DNA of 56,055 nucleotides, the filler included, from Catajapyx aquilonaris (lineage: Eukaryota), in NCBI GenBank assembly GCA_000934665.2. It is 4 parts of 4 records of this genome, joined end to end, with 100 filler letters (N's around TTAATTAATTAA, not from the genome) between each part and the next. Parts side by side here need not be neighbours in the genome. Positions count along the whole stretch, not along the records: positions 14,057 to 27,991 come from JYFJ02007935.1; positions 28,092 to 42,029 come from JYFJ02007936.1; 2 more parts are not named here. One strand, written 5' to 3'. Shown here piece by piece: positions 23,568 through 34,960 of the stretch. Numbering within the stretch: the stretch's first letter is position 1; each line of letters opens with the position of its first letter. Below the pieces are notes generated by a model that was not told where the DNA came from, did not search any database, and worked only from the letters and a program-made list of their open reading frames with translations. The position numbers were made by a program, and so were the translations under genes.

Positions 23568-24182
23568 CTGACTCGACAGAATCTTCCCCGGAATGTTTGT
23601 TTATTCCCTCCCTGCCTGGTTCTTCTCTGGGCACCAGGAAGGAGGGGTGACGTCACGAACAATTGAATGTGTGGGGAGCATGGTGGGGAGGCCACGGGGG
23701 GAAACCGATGTGACTGAATTTGTTTCCTAAAATCATTTTTATCGAAATGAGCCGAATGAGAGGCAATAAAATTGAGATGGAAACGGATAGAAATATTGCA
23801 GGAGCGAAGCCATTTGGATGGAGGGAAGTCGTGCTAGTTGTGTGCGCCATTCAGTATTTCAGTTCAGGTTCACAGACATGGAGTCGAGAAATCAGCTGTA
23901 GTTCGGGAGAGCCCGGGTTCGATCCCCGGTACCGATGGCCGTCCTGCCCTGGGTTGGTCACTGGGCTGCCTGCTTCTTCCCGTCACTTCCAGGATCCTAC
24001 CGGAATGGTTTCCGTGTCATACACAGCTTCTTTGCCGAAGCACCATCAAGTCTATTCAAATACAACCTTAAATCCACTCTTAGCCACCAATTTGGTCCTT
24101 AGTAAACTGGAGTTAATATAATCCTGTTAGCAATGGAAAAATTATTTTGCCCGTAATGAGCATTGTGATTCTGGCCAAAATA

Positions 24183-26728
24183 ATGTCTCGTCGTAGACAG
24201 TATGTGATGTTGTGGCGTGCGTTGTTACTGTGGGCCGTTCTGTTCATCCTATTTCTGCTTCACTATGCTTGGCGACTACACCGATCACCTGGCTCTCCAT
24301 ATGTGACCATACGTGTTGAGGGTGGAGCCTATGTGGAGCAGGTATATCCAGTGGCACCTAAGGAGGGTGCTGACGAAAAGGATTGTCCTGAGGCAAGATT
24401 GCTACCTGGTGGAGGAAAGGTACTGGATGCCCCCACACCTGAACCTGTGGCATGCCAGATGGCACCAAGGTCTTGTCAAATGGCAAACAAATTATTTGGA
24501 GTGAATGCTACGACAGCGCAGTGTGGAGAGAGAAACCATGTCTTCTGCTCTGTCAGGGTGAGGTATAGTGTGCTGAATATGTAGTTTCTCAAATTAACAG
24601 TGTGCCTTTTCAGAGTCTGGAGCATGGTGTGTATACTGTCAACTGCACTCATCCAAAATCCTGCTTAGAGGAGTATGCTGTGGGTCTGTTTGATCCCAAT
24701 GTGGCTGATGTTGTATGGCGAAACTTCACCAGTATGGATGCCATTCGAGATCATCTCCAGGAAATGTTGACTTTGAGGCATCTGGGATTTGCATTTTTGA
24801 GGTGCCGCTTGAAGCACGCAATGGAGGAGTCTGAAGAGGCTGACTTTTATGATAGTAATGTTTATCCACAATATGTTGACTACTCCAAGTCGTATGGGGT
24901 GCAGCTGCTGATACTACCACCTAGTGTCACTAGACCTAAGTCACCCAGGCGAGTTAGTGTCAATCTAGTCATGATCGACTCAGTGTCACATCCACATTTT
25001 TATCGATCCTTGCCACTTACAGTATCAAAGCTTGAAGAAATTGCTTTCCGTGCCACAGTATTAGATTTTAAGATGTTTCAGGCCATTAAGCATCGGACTT
25101 ATGAGAGCTTACAGGCATTGTTTTCTGGACATGTGGATGTTCACGAAAAGCATGCCTTTGGTACCCATGATATGCCACCAAGGCCATTACCTGTAGAACG
25201 TTTGTTCGGCATGTTTCGCAAAGCTGGGTACACAACATTGTGGCTTGAAGATCTGTGCTGGACTTGGGAATGGGGATTAGCAAAAGACTTACTGGTGCAC
25301 ACTGTTGGAGCATCCCGTACTGAACGTTATCGGCGATTAGTGTCTGCTTTAGGACGTGCTAACATTCAAGAAGTAGCAGTGACACTTGCAAGTTGTCATG
25401 TATTAGAATGGAATGGGCGTCGTGATCCATTTCATGGTCCACCTGCTGTTTGTTTCAATGGACGCCACCATCACGAATACTTGCTTGAATACTTGCGATA
25501 CTATCAAACACAAATGGAACTGAAACGACGGCCATATTTATCATTCATGACCACCAGTGTCAGTCATGAAGACACAGGTTTGCGAATCCGGACACTTGAT
25601 GCATCACTGGCAGCTTTTTTAGACAGTGCTGCTCGTTTGCCAAGCACACTTACAGTATTATTTTCAGATCATGGTAATGCATATGGGACATATGTGTCCA
25701 AGTCAGTTGCTGGGCGTCTTGAGACTTACCACCCATTCATGTTCCTCATTGTTCCAAAGCTTGTCTGGAATGCATTAACTGAACAAGATCAACAAAACCT
25801 GCTAGTTAATCAGAATAAGTTAGTAACCCTGATTGATGTTCATTATATGTTGAGACATTTGGTGTCTGGTAAACGAGTTACTGATGCATTTTCACGCAAA
25901 TATGTTGTCAATAGAGGGTTATTTGGAGCCATTCCAGCCAACCGAACGTGTGATGATGTTCCCAGATTGTTGCCTAGTGTGTGTATGTGTGATGGATATG
26001 AAACATCTGTGGATGCCAGTGATGATAAGTTGTTATTAGCAGAACATGCTATTGGAACACTTAACAATGTGTTATGGGTACAAAAGAAGTCACCTCGTTG
26101 CCAGCAGCTTGTTGGTGACAGGGTTGAAAATGTGCGTGAAGTCGCAAACGACCGCTCAAAAACTGTGAAGATGGACATTCGTGTCTCATCTTATGATGGG
26201 ACAATACGTAATGAAATATTCACTGTCGCTGTTAAAGTGTCACTCACAGGTCAAGGGTGCCAATTGGTAGGGTTTGAACGTCTTACTGCATATGCTCAAT
26301 TTTCTATTTGCTCAGATCCATCTGTTAACCTCAAATTGTGCTTGTGTACACGTTTCAAACGTGATGTATTACATCGCCTGCACTCCATCTTCAAGACAGT
26401 TTTTGGTACAAAGCATAATATGGCTCCAAGGCGTCACTTTGGAGTTGAGACAGAAGTCACTTCATTGTTGACCAAAGATGGGGTCCAGTGTTTGATGCTT
26501 CTAAAGCGTAAATACTCAGCTGGTGTTGCATTTCAACTAGAAAACAAGTGTGCCAATGCACTCCACCTTGCCTTCGATGTTGAACTGGTTAATATGATTC
26601 CATCTGTCCCACTTCCACTGGAGGTTCTGGTAGAACCAGGTGTCACTCTTTTTTTGCTGTCCCTAATCCAGTTGGATGAGAAGCAGTACTGGACATGGAA
26701 ATTTTCTATCAAATACATTCCACATTGA
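24183..26728 (+). CDS. DUF229-family protein (alkaline phosphatase/sulfatase superfamily), type II membrane protein; exons 24183-24557, 24614-26728 (~829 aa; alternative in-frame ATG 24156)
   Basis: N-terminal RRR + hydrophobic anchor; 56-nt phase-0 intron AGG|GTGAGG...TTTCAG|AGT; motifs VNLVMIDSVSHPHFYRSLP, SHED, LFSDHG, NQNKLVTLIDVH, NRTCDDV...CMC. Confidence 0.88.
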
Positions 26729-26967
26729 AATTGATCACATCAGCTTTGATTAGAACAATATGTTTCCAAAGGCAGGAAGTTCCATTTCTTGTGTCATCAA
26801 TATAGTGTGACAGTGCATAAAATAGCTACAGAAAAGCTAGTAAACAAGCAGCACTACCTAATTAGAGTTGTTACATGATTACACAGGTTGCACAAGATAA
26901 CCAGCTGCTAGTGTCGAACTTCATATGCCTGACACCTCCCTGCAATTCTCAGCAGCAGCTAAGAAGT

Positions 26968-27342
26968 CTCTTTTTCTTCTTCTTTTTTTTCTCTTCTTAC
27001 GCCCCATTAGAAGGAACTGTGCCCCCCCTTTTAGGGGGGGGGGGGGGTGAAACACCACCATATTTTCCATTTTTCTAGTGATTTTATCTTCACTCCATGC
27101 AGGGAAGAAAGGACATGGGGTAAGGATGAAGATTTTTAGGGGAGGAGAGACACGGGTGCTAGTGAAATGTTTGAAACTGGGTCGTGTGCAGTCTCCCTGG
27201 AGGTTAGGTTGCCAGGTGCCTCCAAGGCGCAGGTCAGAGACCCTCCTGAAGCAGGCGAAAGGGACCTCCCTGGCGAGGATCGAACCCGGGACCTTCCACT
27301 CGGCAAGCCGAGTCGTTACCAACTCGGCCACCACGCCTCCCC
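26968..27342 (-). mobile_element. tRNA-derived SINE, family A
   Basis: Minus strand GGGGAGGCGTGGTGGCCGAGTTGG (A box), GGTTCGATCC (B box), A/G-rich tail; second copy at 47536-47872. Confidence 0.85.
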
Positions 27343-27814
27343 AAGAAGCAACCTCTGTTTAGGTTTTGACCTATGGTTTCAAATCAGTTTTCAAGATGTC
27401 TTTCAATCTTAAATGTTCCTGTGATACGCTGAAAACATTGTGCAGTACAATTCTATTACTAGTGGATCAAAGGTTCAATTCCAAGATGAAAAGTGGTTAA
27501 GTTCATAGGCCTACAAGATTTTAAAAAATGCTAAGACTGTTATAATGTGAATTGGCACCCCATGTGGTATAGATGTCGAGACACATCTCCACTTTCCAAC
27601 AGATCCTTCCAAATGAAACTTCCAGTACAACATATTGGTTTATGATTCTACGATAACATGATCACATAGCCAGTGTCCCTTGATGCAATAGTGATGTGTA
27701 TGGCTTATCTACTTGTAATATTTTAAAATGTCTGATATGTTCCCAACTTTACATCTTAGATTTGGCCCTTTGTCATATTGGATTATCCAGTAACTTACAG
27801 TCTGCCCTTGTTAA

Positions 27815-27991
27815 CCCCTTCGGCCCCAGATCGGCCCGAACCACACAGTTTTTGGCTTACGCGTACTCCGAAGATACAAACAAGATATTTTGCAAATAAT
27901 AACAGCTATACTTACGAGATCTGGGAAAACCCTATGTAGTCCTGTCCCTGTAATATAGTCCCGTAGAAATTTTCGTACTGATTTGTCTAAC
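27815..27991. mobile_element. Possible piggyBac-like left end at contig break
   Basis: TTAA|CCCCTTCGG terminus running to contig end; partner end not seen. Confidence 0.35.
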
Positions 27992-28091
27992 NNNNNNNNN
28001 NNNNNNNNNNNNNNNNNNNNNNNNNNNNNNNNNNNTTAATTAATTAANNNNNNNNNNNNNNNNNNNNNNNNNNNNNNNNNNNNNNNNNNNN
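27992..28091. other. Artificial contig spacer
   Basis: N44-TTAATTAATTAA-N44. Confidence 0.95.
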
Positions 28092-28681
28092 TACTGGCTG
28101 TGGCCAGCGGAAGCCCGAACTGGGTCGGAGTGTACCAATTGCAACTGGTCACTCCCACAGCCATGTGCATCGCCAACCTGGCGTCACAAACAGCTAGTAT
28201 CCAAGGTGTTCTTCATAACTCTCTCTAATATACGTATGTTGGTTGTGTCCTGTAAGGGAGTACAAGAGAATCGCCATTTTTCATTTGCATCTCTACTTTG
28301 CAGGCAAATAGGCCTCCTCCGCATTCTTCCATCTCTTGGTAAGTGTGGGTTTCCGTTTGTGTTTTTTTTTCTGACTTACATGGAAACCGAGGAAAATAAA
28401 AAAGCAAAATTTTAAACCTTGATTGAATAATGGGTACCATTAATCATTCCCATTCTCAGTCCCGTTTCCTGGTACCAAAAACGATTCATCTATTCATCCT
28501 GATGATCCCGGATTTCATTATAAAGTGGGGCAAGAGGCTTGTTTACATTGTCACTAGGAGAGATCACAAGTGTTATGAAAACCAGTACGCGCACACAAAT
28601 AAGTTAAATACGACTAGTTGTCACAGCAATATAATGTACTTCGACATTTATCACTACAGAGCATCATGCCTAATCCCCTTT

Positions 28682-28958
28682 GGCCCCCCGATGGTATCTC
28701 CACCTTATCGTGGTGGTGGGGTTTGCGTTTCTCCCGTGATCCCAAGAGCTATGCCGGCGGTAGCTTCGTCTACTGGTAGGGCCACCCAAGCCGGACAGGT
28801 CTTTGGGGTAGGAGACAGACTAAGAGAGATGCCAGTCTTTCCTCTCTTCTTTTTCCTCTTCGTTTCTCTCTCCATCTGTCCCACCTTTGCTTCTTCTTAC
28901 AGCCAGATAGCCATAGTTGCTTTGGCTTCTTCCAAATAAACCAAACCAAACCAAACCC
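28682..28958 (+). mobile_element. Short retroposon with RTE-clade 5'-UTR head and (CCAAA)n tail
   Basis: CACCTTATCGTGGTGG...GAGCTATGCC...GGTAGGGCCACCCAAGCCGGACAGGTC...CAGACTAAGAG resembles the 5' region of RTE-clade elements (BovB/Expander-type, from recall); ends AATAAA(CCAAA)n; same tail at 32751-32791. Confidence 0.65.
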
Positions 28959-31417
28959 AATATGTTGGACAATGGTGAGTTTATGTCAGTTATGCTTGTA
29001 ACTTGGTTTGTACATCTGGAGTAGGTGACCTCACAAAGGGGCCCCAGGTGGCCTTTACAAAAGGTAGGAAATGAACACTCCCAATTTATCATCACATGGC
29101 TCCAAATATGGTGCCAGTGAATGTGGATCATATCGGTACTTTCCTCAAACTGAAGATTCTCATGGTCAAGCTGAATGCTCAAAAATAATATCAGAATTTG
29201 TGATTAAACATTACTGTTATCATAATGTTGCGCCAAATTTAATGCTTCAGCATTTTCGATATGTAGTACTTATTCACTGCCGCGTAAAATACGACTTTTA
29301 TCCTTTAGTATTCGCCGTCATTATGTAATCCACCTTCTGAGTGGTGCGTACCTTCAACTTGGTAGCGGTATTTATTCAATAGAATGCCTTCTTGTGTGAG
29401 ATGAGACATCCCTATGGTGACCAACAGCTCACATTTGATGGCATCAGTTTCTCACAAACGGCTAAAGAACTTGGTCCTCTACTATTCTGGCCGATTTGGT
29501 CTAAGTAATCTCACGATGTGTGGCCTTTGACATGCCAAACTTACAGCACAAGAGTGTCACACTACTTTCTTGTTTTTACACCACATCACAGCGGTTACAG
29601 GAATGCCAGTCATTAAATCAACAGGTTGACACTCAGTCGTTATTTTTTGTTATTGTCTCTTGTTCTTTTATTGCCTGCATATTAAGGTCAAAGTCGAGGG
29701 GAAGCAGATGACATGAATGTGACATAACACTCATGGCTAACTCCCTTCTGAGGTTGAGTCGTACATGTAATGTTAATGACATTTACCAGCGGTGTCACTG
29801 AAGTACGAGTAATTGCGATTGTCAGAATATGACGTTTCTTCACATGAGTTTAGAATATTTTCATCATAGAGGACACATGAAACATCTACTTTCTACTGGG
29901 TGCCAAGGACATATGGGCAGTCGCTGATGCATGTTTTCCTTAATAATCCACAGAAATTTAGCATTATTCGACCTGTGCACTCCTGGAGCCTTGGCAATAT
30001 CTGTGCACATATGTGGAAGATTCTAACGTCTAGGCTGTCTCATTCTTGAAGCTTACTTTCATTTCGATGTACCAGTGAATCTGAATGGCTCATGCAGTGT
30101 TGCTTTGAAATATGACTTATTCATCAAGCGTATTGCCCCTTTCTGCCATCCAATACTGCTATCAAACAGTAGTGCGATCAAACAGTAGCGCTTGGTCCAC
30201 TGTTTAGGTAGATATACCTTTACGATGAATAATTTTTGTTGTAATATATATTGTAATTTATGTAATATATTGACAGCAGCAAGTGGGATCGATTAGATGC
30301 TTGAGACGGTCATGTATTGTTCAGAGCATATTTTTCTATATGTGAAAAGGGATATGATTAATATTTAGACATGCACCCATGATCAAGTCCGTTGAATAAG
30401 TTTTTATAAAATTATCGATCTGACTCAGTTTCCGTTAGCTATTGCATCCCGAATATCAGAGACGCACACTGAATTATCGCCATCGGCACCTGCCTGATCA
30501 TGAAACGGGCCATGTCCATCTGAAAATCTATGAAAATCAATGTTTTCAATTCATGTTACGTTGTAATCATACAGACAGAATAAGTTCACCTGACGTGTTG
30601 AGAATTCAAAGAACTCAAGTTATAATGGTATCGTCATTGTCTTTTGTGACGAAGTTGGTCATTAGCCTACCTGCAATTTGCTCACGCCGTAACAGTGGTA
30701 ATGAGTGGGTTTGGAAGATCTAATCTGGGAAGAGTCGCATGCGCAAGAGGATGGTTACAGTCATGTTACCTTTACCGGCAGACGGCTCTTCCTCTGGTGA
30801 ATCTGCCTCAGGCTGATCTGGTCTTTCCTTATTTTTCAACATTTCTGCCATGGTCCTCCAAGCAGTATCCTTTCATTGATGACTGTCTGTTGAGGAGTCT
30901 ATATGTTTTTACTGAATTTCTCAGCTTCCAGAATCCGGATGGTACTCGGACACATTCTTGTAGGACCATCAGTGAATATTGTGGTCACATCCCTCATTCT
31001 ACCATGATTTCTCGGTTATCGTGGTTGTCCTTTTTGGAAATGGTTGTTGGAATGAACGTCGAAAAAGGTATTATTTTGAACAAATCCGTTGCCTTCTCAC
31101 CATGGATTGTAGTGTCGTGTTGTAAAATAACAATTATTTCCTGAAAGTAACATCCCATTGCAATACCGTCATATATTATTCATGTGGACAAGTAATTCGT
31201 GCCTGCTTATTTTAAACGCTATTGTGCATGAGCTGCTAATGCACACACACACTCTGATTGCCTCACTAGAAGTGTGTAGCATTGACTACAAAACTGACCA
31301 AAAGTATATTTAAATAAGCAAGAATTCCGATGGTACCAAGCAGGAAAGCTGAGCCTCAAGGTACAACAATTAAATGTTGATTTACCGTTAGAGCGCCCTT
31401 TACATTGTTCCTTACTT

Positions 31418-31960
31418 CTACCTTCCTGTTGGTGATGGATGCTTCCAGTGGGGCAACAGACAAGAAGTCGTTTTTTTGAAATCTGATTTACAGTGCATTT
31501 GTTGGTGCTGCGACATTCTTTTCATTACATTCATGTAATCCACATCTGTGTATAGCCTCTGGACAGATTTCAGTGCGCACTCAGCATCGCCAAACTCCGC
31601 ATCATTGGGGAGAAAGCTATTACCTGATAATAGGAATCGTAGAACTATTGTAGGAATGCTCGGGTGATTGCGCAACATATGTATCAACAGTCAAACCAAC
31701 TTTATGCTTCTATTATGGCCTCCGCAGGAATCCGCATACATATTCAATGTGGTTAGTGGTGCATTCAAACCACTAATGTACTTTCTAAGACATGAGCCTA
31801 TTTCTTAAGTCCCTCTTCCTCCTTCATGCTCAACCCAAACATTGAAAATGCCTTTACTTGTTTTACCAGAGGTTCCGATGCCTTTTATAGTAAACAATAT
31901 TGGTTGGGACCATTGGCAGGGCATGTGTTTATTGAAGGTTATGGTTTCAACATTTTGGAT
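31418..31960 (-). pseudogene. Sola-type DDE transposase relic
   Basis: Minus strand PTNIVYYKR ... WVEHEGGRGT*EIGSCLRKYI ... YADSCGGHNRSIKLV* ... FLLSGNSFLPNDAEFGDAE; stops and frameshifts. Confidence 0.7.
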
Positions 31961-32619
31961 CAGTTTGTGCTTTCATATTCTCTCTCAACTGGTTGGTCCC
32001 TGCACGAGGTTGTGTTCCTAGAGGCTGCCATTTGCAATTCTGTGGGTTACATGGTTACTGCAAAACGAGGATCGGCAATTTGGACAATGTGGGTTACCAA
32101 ATTTGTCAACAGATCACAGGACAATGCAGAGGGGTATACACGATGTTTGCTAAATGTTGGGGACAGCTTTGAGCACTATGCACGATGGTTACTGGAATTT
32201 TTTTATGATTTGTAGGTACTGATTACTGCATAACACCGTCCAAATGTGACGTGTTGATAATGTGGTCTTCTCGTTGGGGAGCCGCGGCAATTAATCTACT
32301 ACAAACACTGATGGCGGCATAATTTTAGTGTCGTGCTTTTGCCCACTTGTTTAAACTTCCACTCACGGGCGGTATAAGCTGCGAAAGGATGGATGAGTCA
32401 TCTCTAGAGGATGGTCACAGAAGTGTGCACGTGTTAAGTCGTAAATTGCCAGGTGGCAGAGCCGGCCCCAATATGTACCGAAAAACGGTAGTAGGCCGCC
32501 AGCTTTTGGCCTAGGTTGAAATGAAATAGCCAGTGCCTCGGGAGCATATTGGTCTGTCAATTATTAGCGTAACATATAGCCTGCCGTGGTGCATTCGCTG
32601 TGGTTATCCTTATAACATC

Positions 32620-32750
32620 CAACCTTCTCGCCCGACCTCTATGTGCGCGGGCCAAAATTCGGATGTTTCTGTCGCTCATATCTCGGAAACGGCTGGACAG
32701 TGTCAGCTAAAACTTTCACCACTGTGTCTATCGCACATGAATAACCCCTC
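32620..32750 (-). mobile_element. Possible DNA-transposon terminus (GAG start, Sola-like)
   Basis: Minus strand starts GAGGGGTTATTCATGTGCG and contains ATATCTCGGAAACGG-type subterminal motif; lies upstream of the Sola-type relic. Confidence 0.35.
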
Positions 32751-32793
32751 AAGCAATTTGGCTTTTTCCGAATAAACCTAAACCCAAACCTAC

Positions 32794-32950
32794 ACTGGTA
32801 AATTTTGCGTCTCTATCATTGACAATAGCGATGTGCATACCATGGAGTTTATACACTGTCTGGAAGAAGATCTCCGCTAACTGTACCGCTGTCACCGAGC
32901 TTTTACAAACGCACACGTGACACATTTTTGACAAACATATCCATGAACAC
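32794..32950 (-). mobile_element. Ty3/Gypsy integrase fragment
   Basis: SKMCHVCVCKSSVTAVQLAEIFFQTVYKLHGMHIAIVNDRDAKFTS matches the rve core pattern. Confidence 0.8.
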
Positions 32951-33368
32951 TACTGTGGTGTCGTTATGCTTTCCCGTAATCGACTGCAGCAGGGATTGTA
33001 CCACCTGCGCCAACTGACTGACAAATTCCGGATCCATGTTGCCACGGTGGTGATCCTCAAACAGGACACCCGTGCACGGACAGGAGAGAGTCCCTGTACG
33101 CGAACGTTACCAGCAACTGCTACCACTTGTAACACGTCTGGATGTGTCCTTGCTTCTTAGGTTGAGGTTTCGTAGAACCTTAAAATGTTGCTCCTACATG
33201 TTGCATTCGTAAATCACTTTCGACAACTAATGTTTTACCGCAGATGATGGAAATTATAGTATCCTGCTTTGCGGTGCATATTGGGATTCATTGCTGTTTT
33301 CACTGATAGGCGTAGTAGCGACTGTAATGTACAGTACATCGAAGATCTGCTAATATTTTCCATATTTT

Positions 33369-33640
33369 ATCAGCATTAAAAATCACACAGGATGCAACAG
33401 AAAATAATTACTGCGCAAGCATGTTTGATAGTACAGGATAATTATTATTGCCATCATCCATTACATATGCTCAAATACCGGTAATTTTCGTGGACGTAAT
33501 GTACCCACGTCCGTAATTGGAGATCCAGTGGTCGTAGCTCGTATTCCCGATTTGGCCACTTCTGTTGGAAATAGGAGTAATCCATCCATAGTAGGACACA
33601 TGACATACTGTATGTGACATGATATGACACTTACCTTAAC
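33369..33640. repeat. Dispersed direct repeat, copy 1 (copy 2 at 40244-40422)
   Basis: Shared TTAAAAATCACACAG, CAAGCATGTTTGATAGTACAGGATA and GACACATGACATACTGTATGTGACATGATATGACACTTAC. Confidence 0.8.
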
Positions 33641-34449
33641 TTCTCCTCTGCTACTGTCTGCTTTTGTATTAAATCATCTGCCTGAATTTCTTCTGCAGTT
33701 ACTACACTTTCACAAGATCTTAATGTAGGTTTTGTGACTAAACATTTGATTCCTCTCCGACCTCATATGCTCTCCGTTCTTGCGTTAATGTTATGTTAAC
33801 TCATGTTATGTCCACGTTGTAGATAACTGACCTTTTTAAATAATACGAAGTGTCCATTTCAATATACGTAATTTTCAGCATTTAAATGTGCGCTTATCTC
33901 TTAATCTTTCGTGGGTATCATTCATGTCCCGAGGAGAAAATGAAATCTTTATTGGGGAAATGAGGCAAAACTATGTGCAGAATGGATTGGTTTTATAAAC
34001 GGTCGCAGGGTTGGGAGGACTTGCAGGACGTGTCAGATGGTCGTAGAAATTACCTCACTGAGTATAGTAAGGTTGTGTTTAATTCTATTTGACACTTTTT
34101 GACTTGTGGACAGATATTCTGACAGCCCGCCTACATTTTCTAGTTGAATTTTTTGACGGGGACATAACGTAGGCTTGCTAAGTATTGTAATGGAGTGAAG
34201 GGGCGTCATTATGCGTGTTTCCATTTCGTCTTATACTGCCTCGGATTGCGTTTATTAGCTCATAGTGAGAGTTGGGTTAATCGTAAAGAACGATACATAT
34301 GTTAGTACAGAAAAGGTACATATTCATATACCGACACAGATATCCGTTACGTGAATAATACTCCTCCGGACATCTCAGCCCCACCTCCTCCTAGACGAGA
34401 CTGTACCTCTGACAACAAGATAAGTACAGCCACCTTGCTGATGCGGAAT

Positions 34450-34960
34450 CTTGCCGCGGAAGTGGCGGAAGTGGTCCTCCTCCATAGTCTCAAATGGATG
34501 GAACCTTTCCTTGTACACCTTGGGAGTGTGGAAAAGATTCCAATTTTCTATCATCAGCCACTCATCTTCGTCTTCCGAGCTGCTGCTCTGTGGCCACAAG
34601 GCAGTTGCTCACTGCATATAATTTGGAGATGCGGTGCAGGTGTATAGGTGTATAGGTGAAGTGTAGACAGTCTTGTGTTCTTGTCGGTAAGATGTCAGTC
34701 TTTCCCGTACGAAACTGTAGATAATACCCAATTTGCGGCATCTGCTGCAATTTGTTTCTTTATTGCGTAATTCAGCGGCGCCATTCTTTTTCAGGGTGGC
34801 AATGTGCCATCTCGGATGTTCTTCATGCAGCTTGACAATTTCTTTCTCTCTTTCAAGACTTATTGCTGGTGCCTTTGACTTTTTCACAGGTGACGGTTCC
34901 CAAGATGACGCCAGAGAGTCACTTTTCCCAGCTTCGTCACTGTAATCCTGCTCTATACAT
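34450..34960 (-). pseudogene. Decayed pogo/Tc5-like transposase N-terminus (HTH)
   Basis: ISLEREKEIVKLHEEHPRWHIATLKKNGAAELRNK ... FVRERLTSYRQEHKTV; frameshifted downstream. Assignment by recall only. Confidence 0.4.

Noticed and set aside
23900..23935. GGGTTCGATCCCCGG B-box-like motif upstream of the DUF229 gene
   Set aside because: No clear A box or cloverleaf; at most a degraded SINE.
27270..27342. tRNA gene candidates (also 47800-47872, 48156-48230, 48790-48869)
   Set aside because: Acceptor stems do not close, and each continues into a SINE body and tail, two with clear TSDs.
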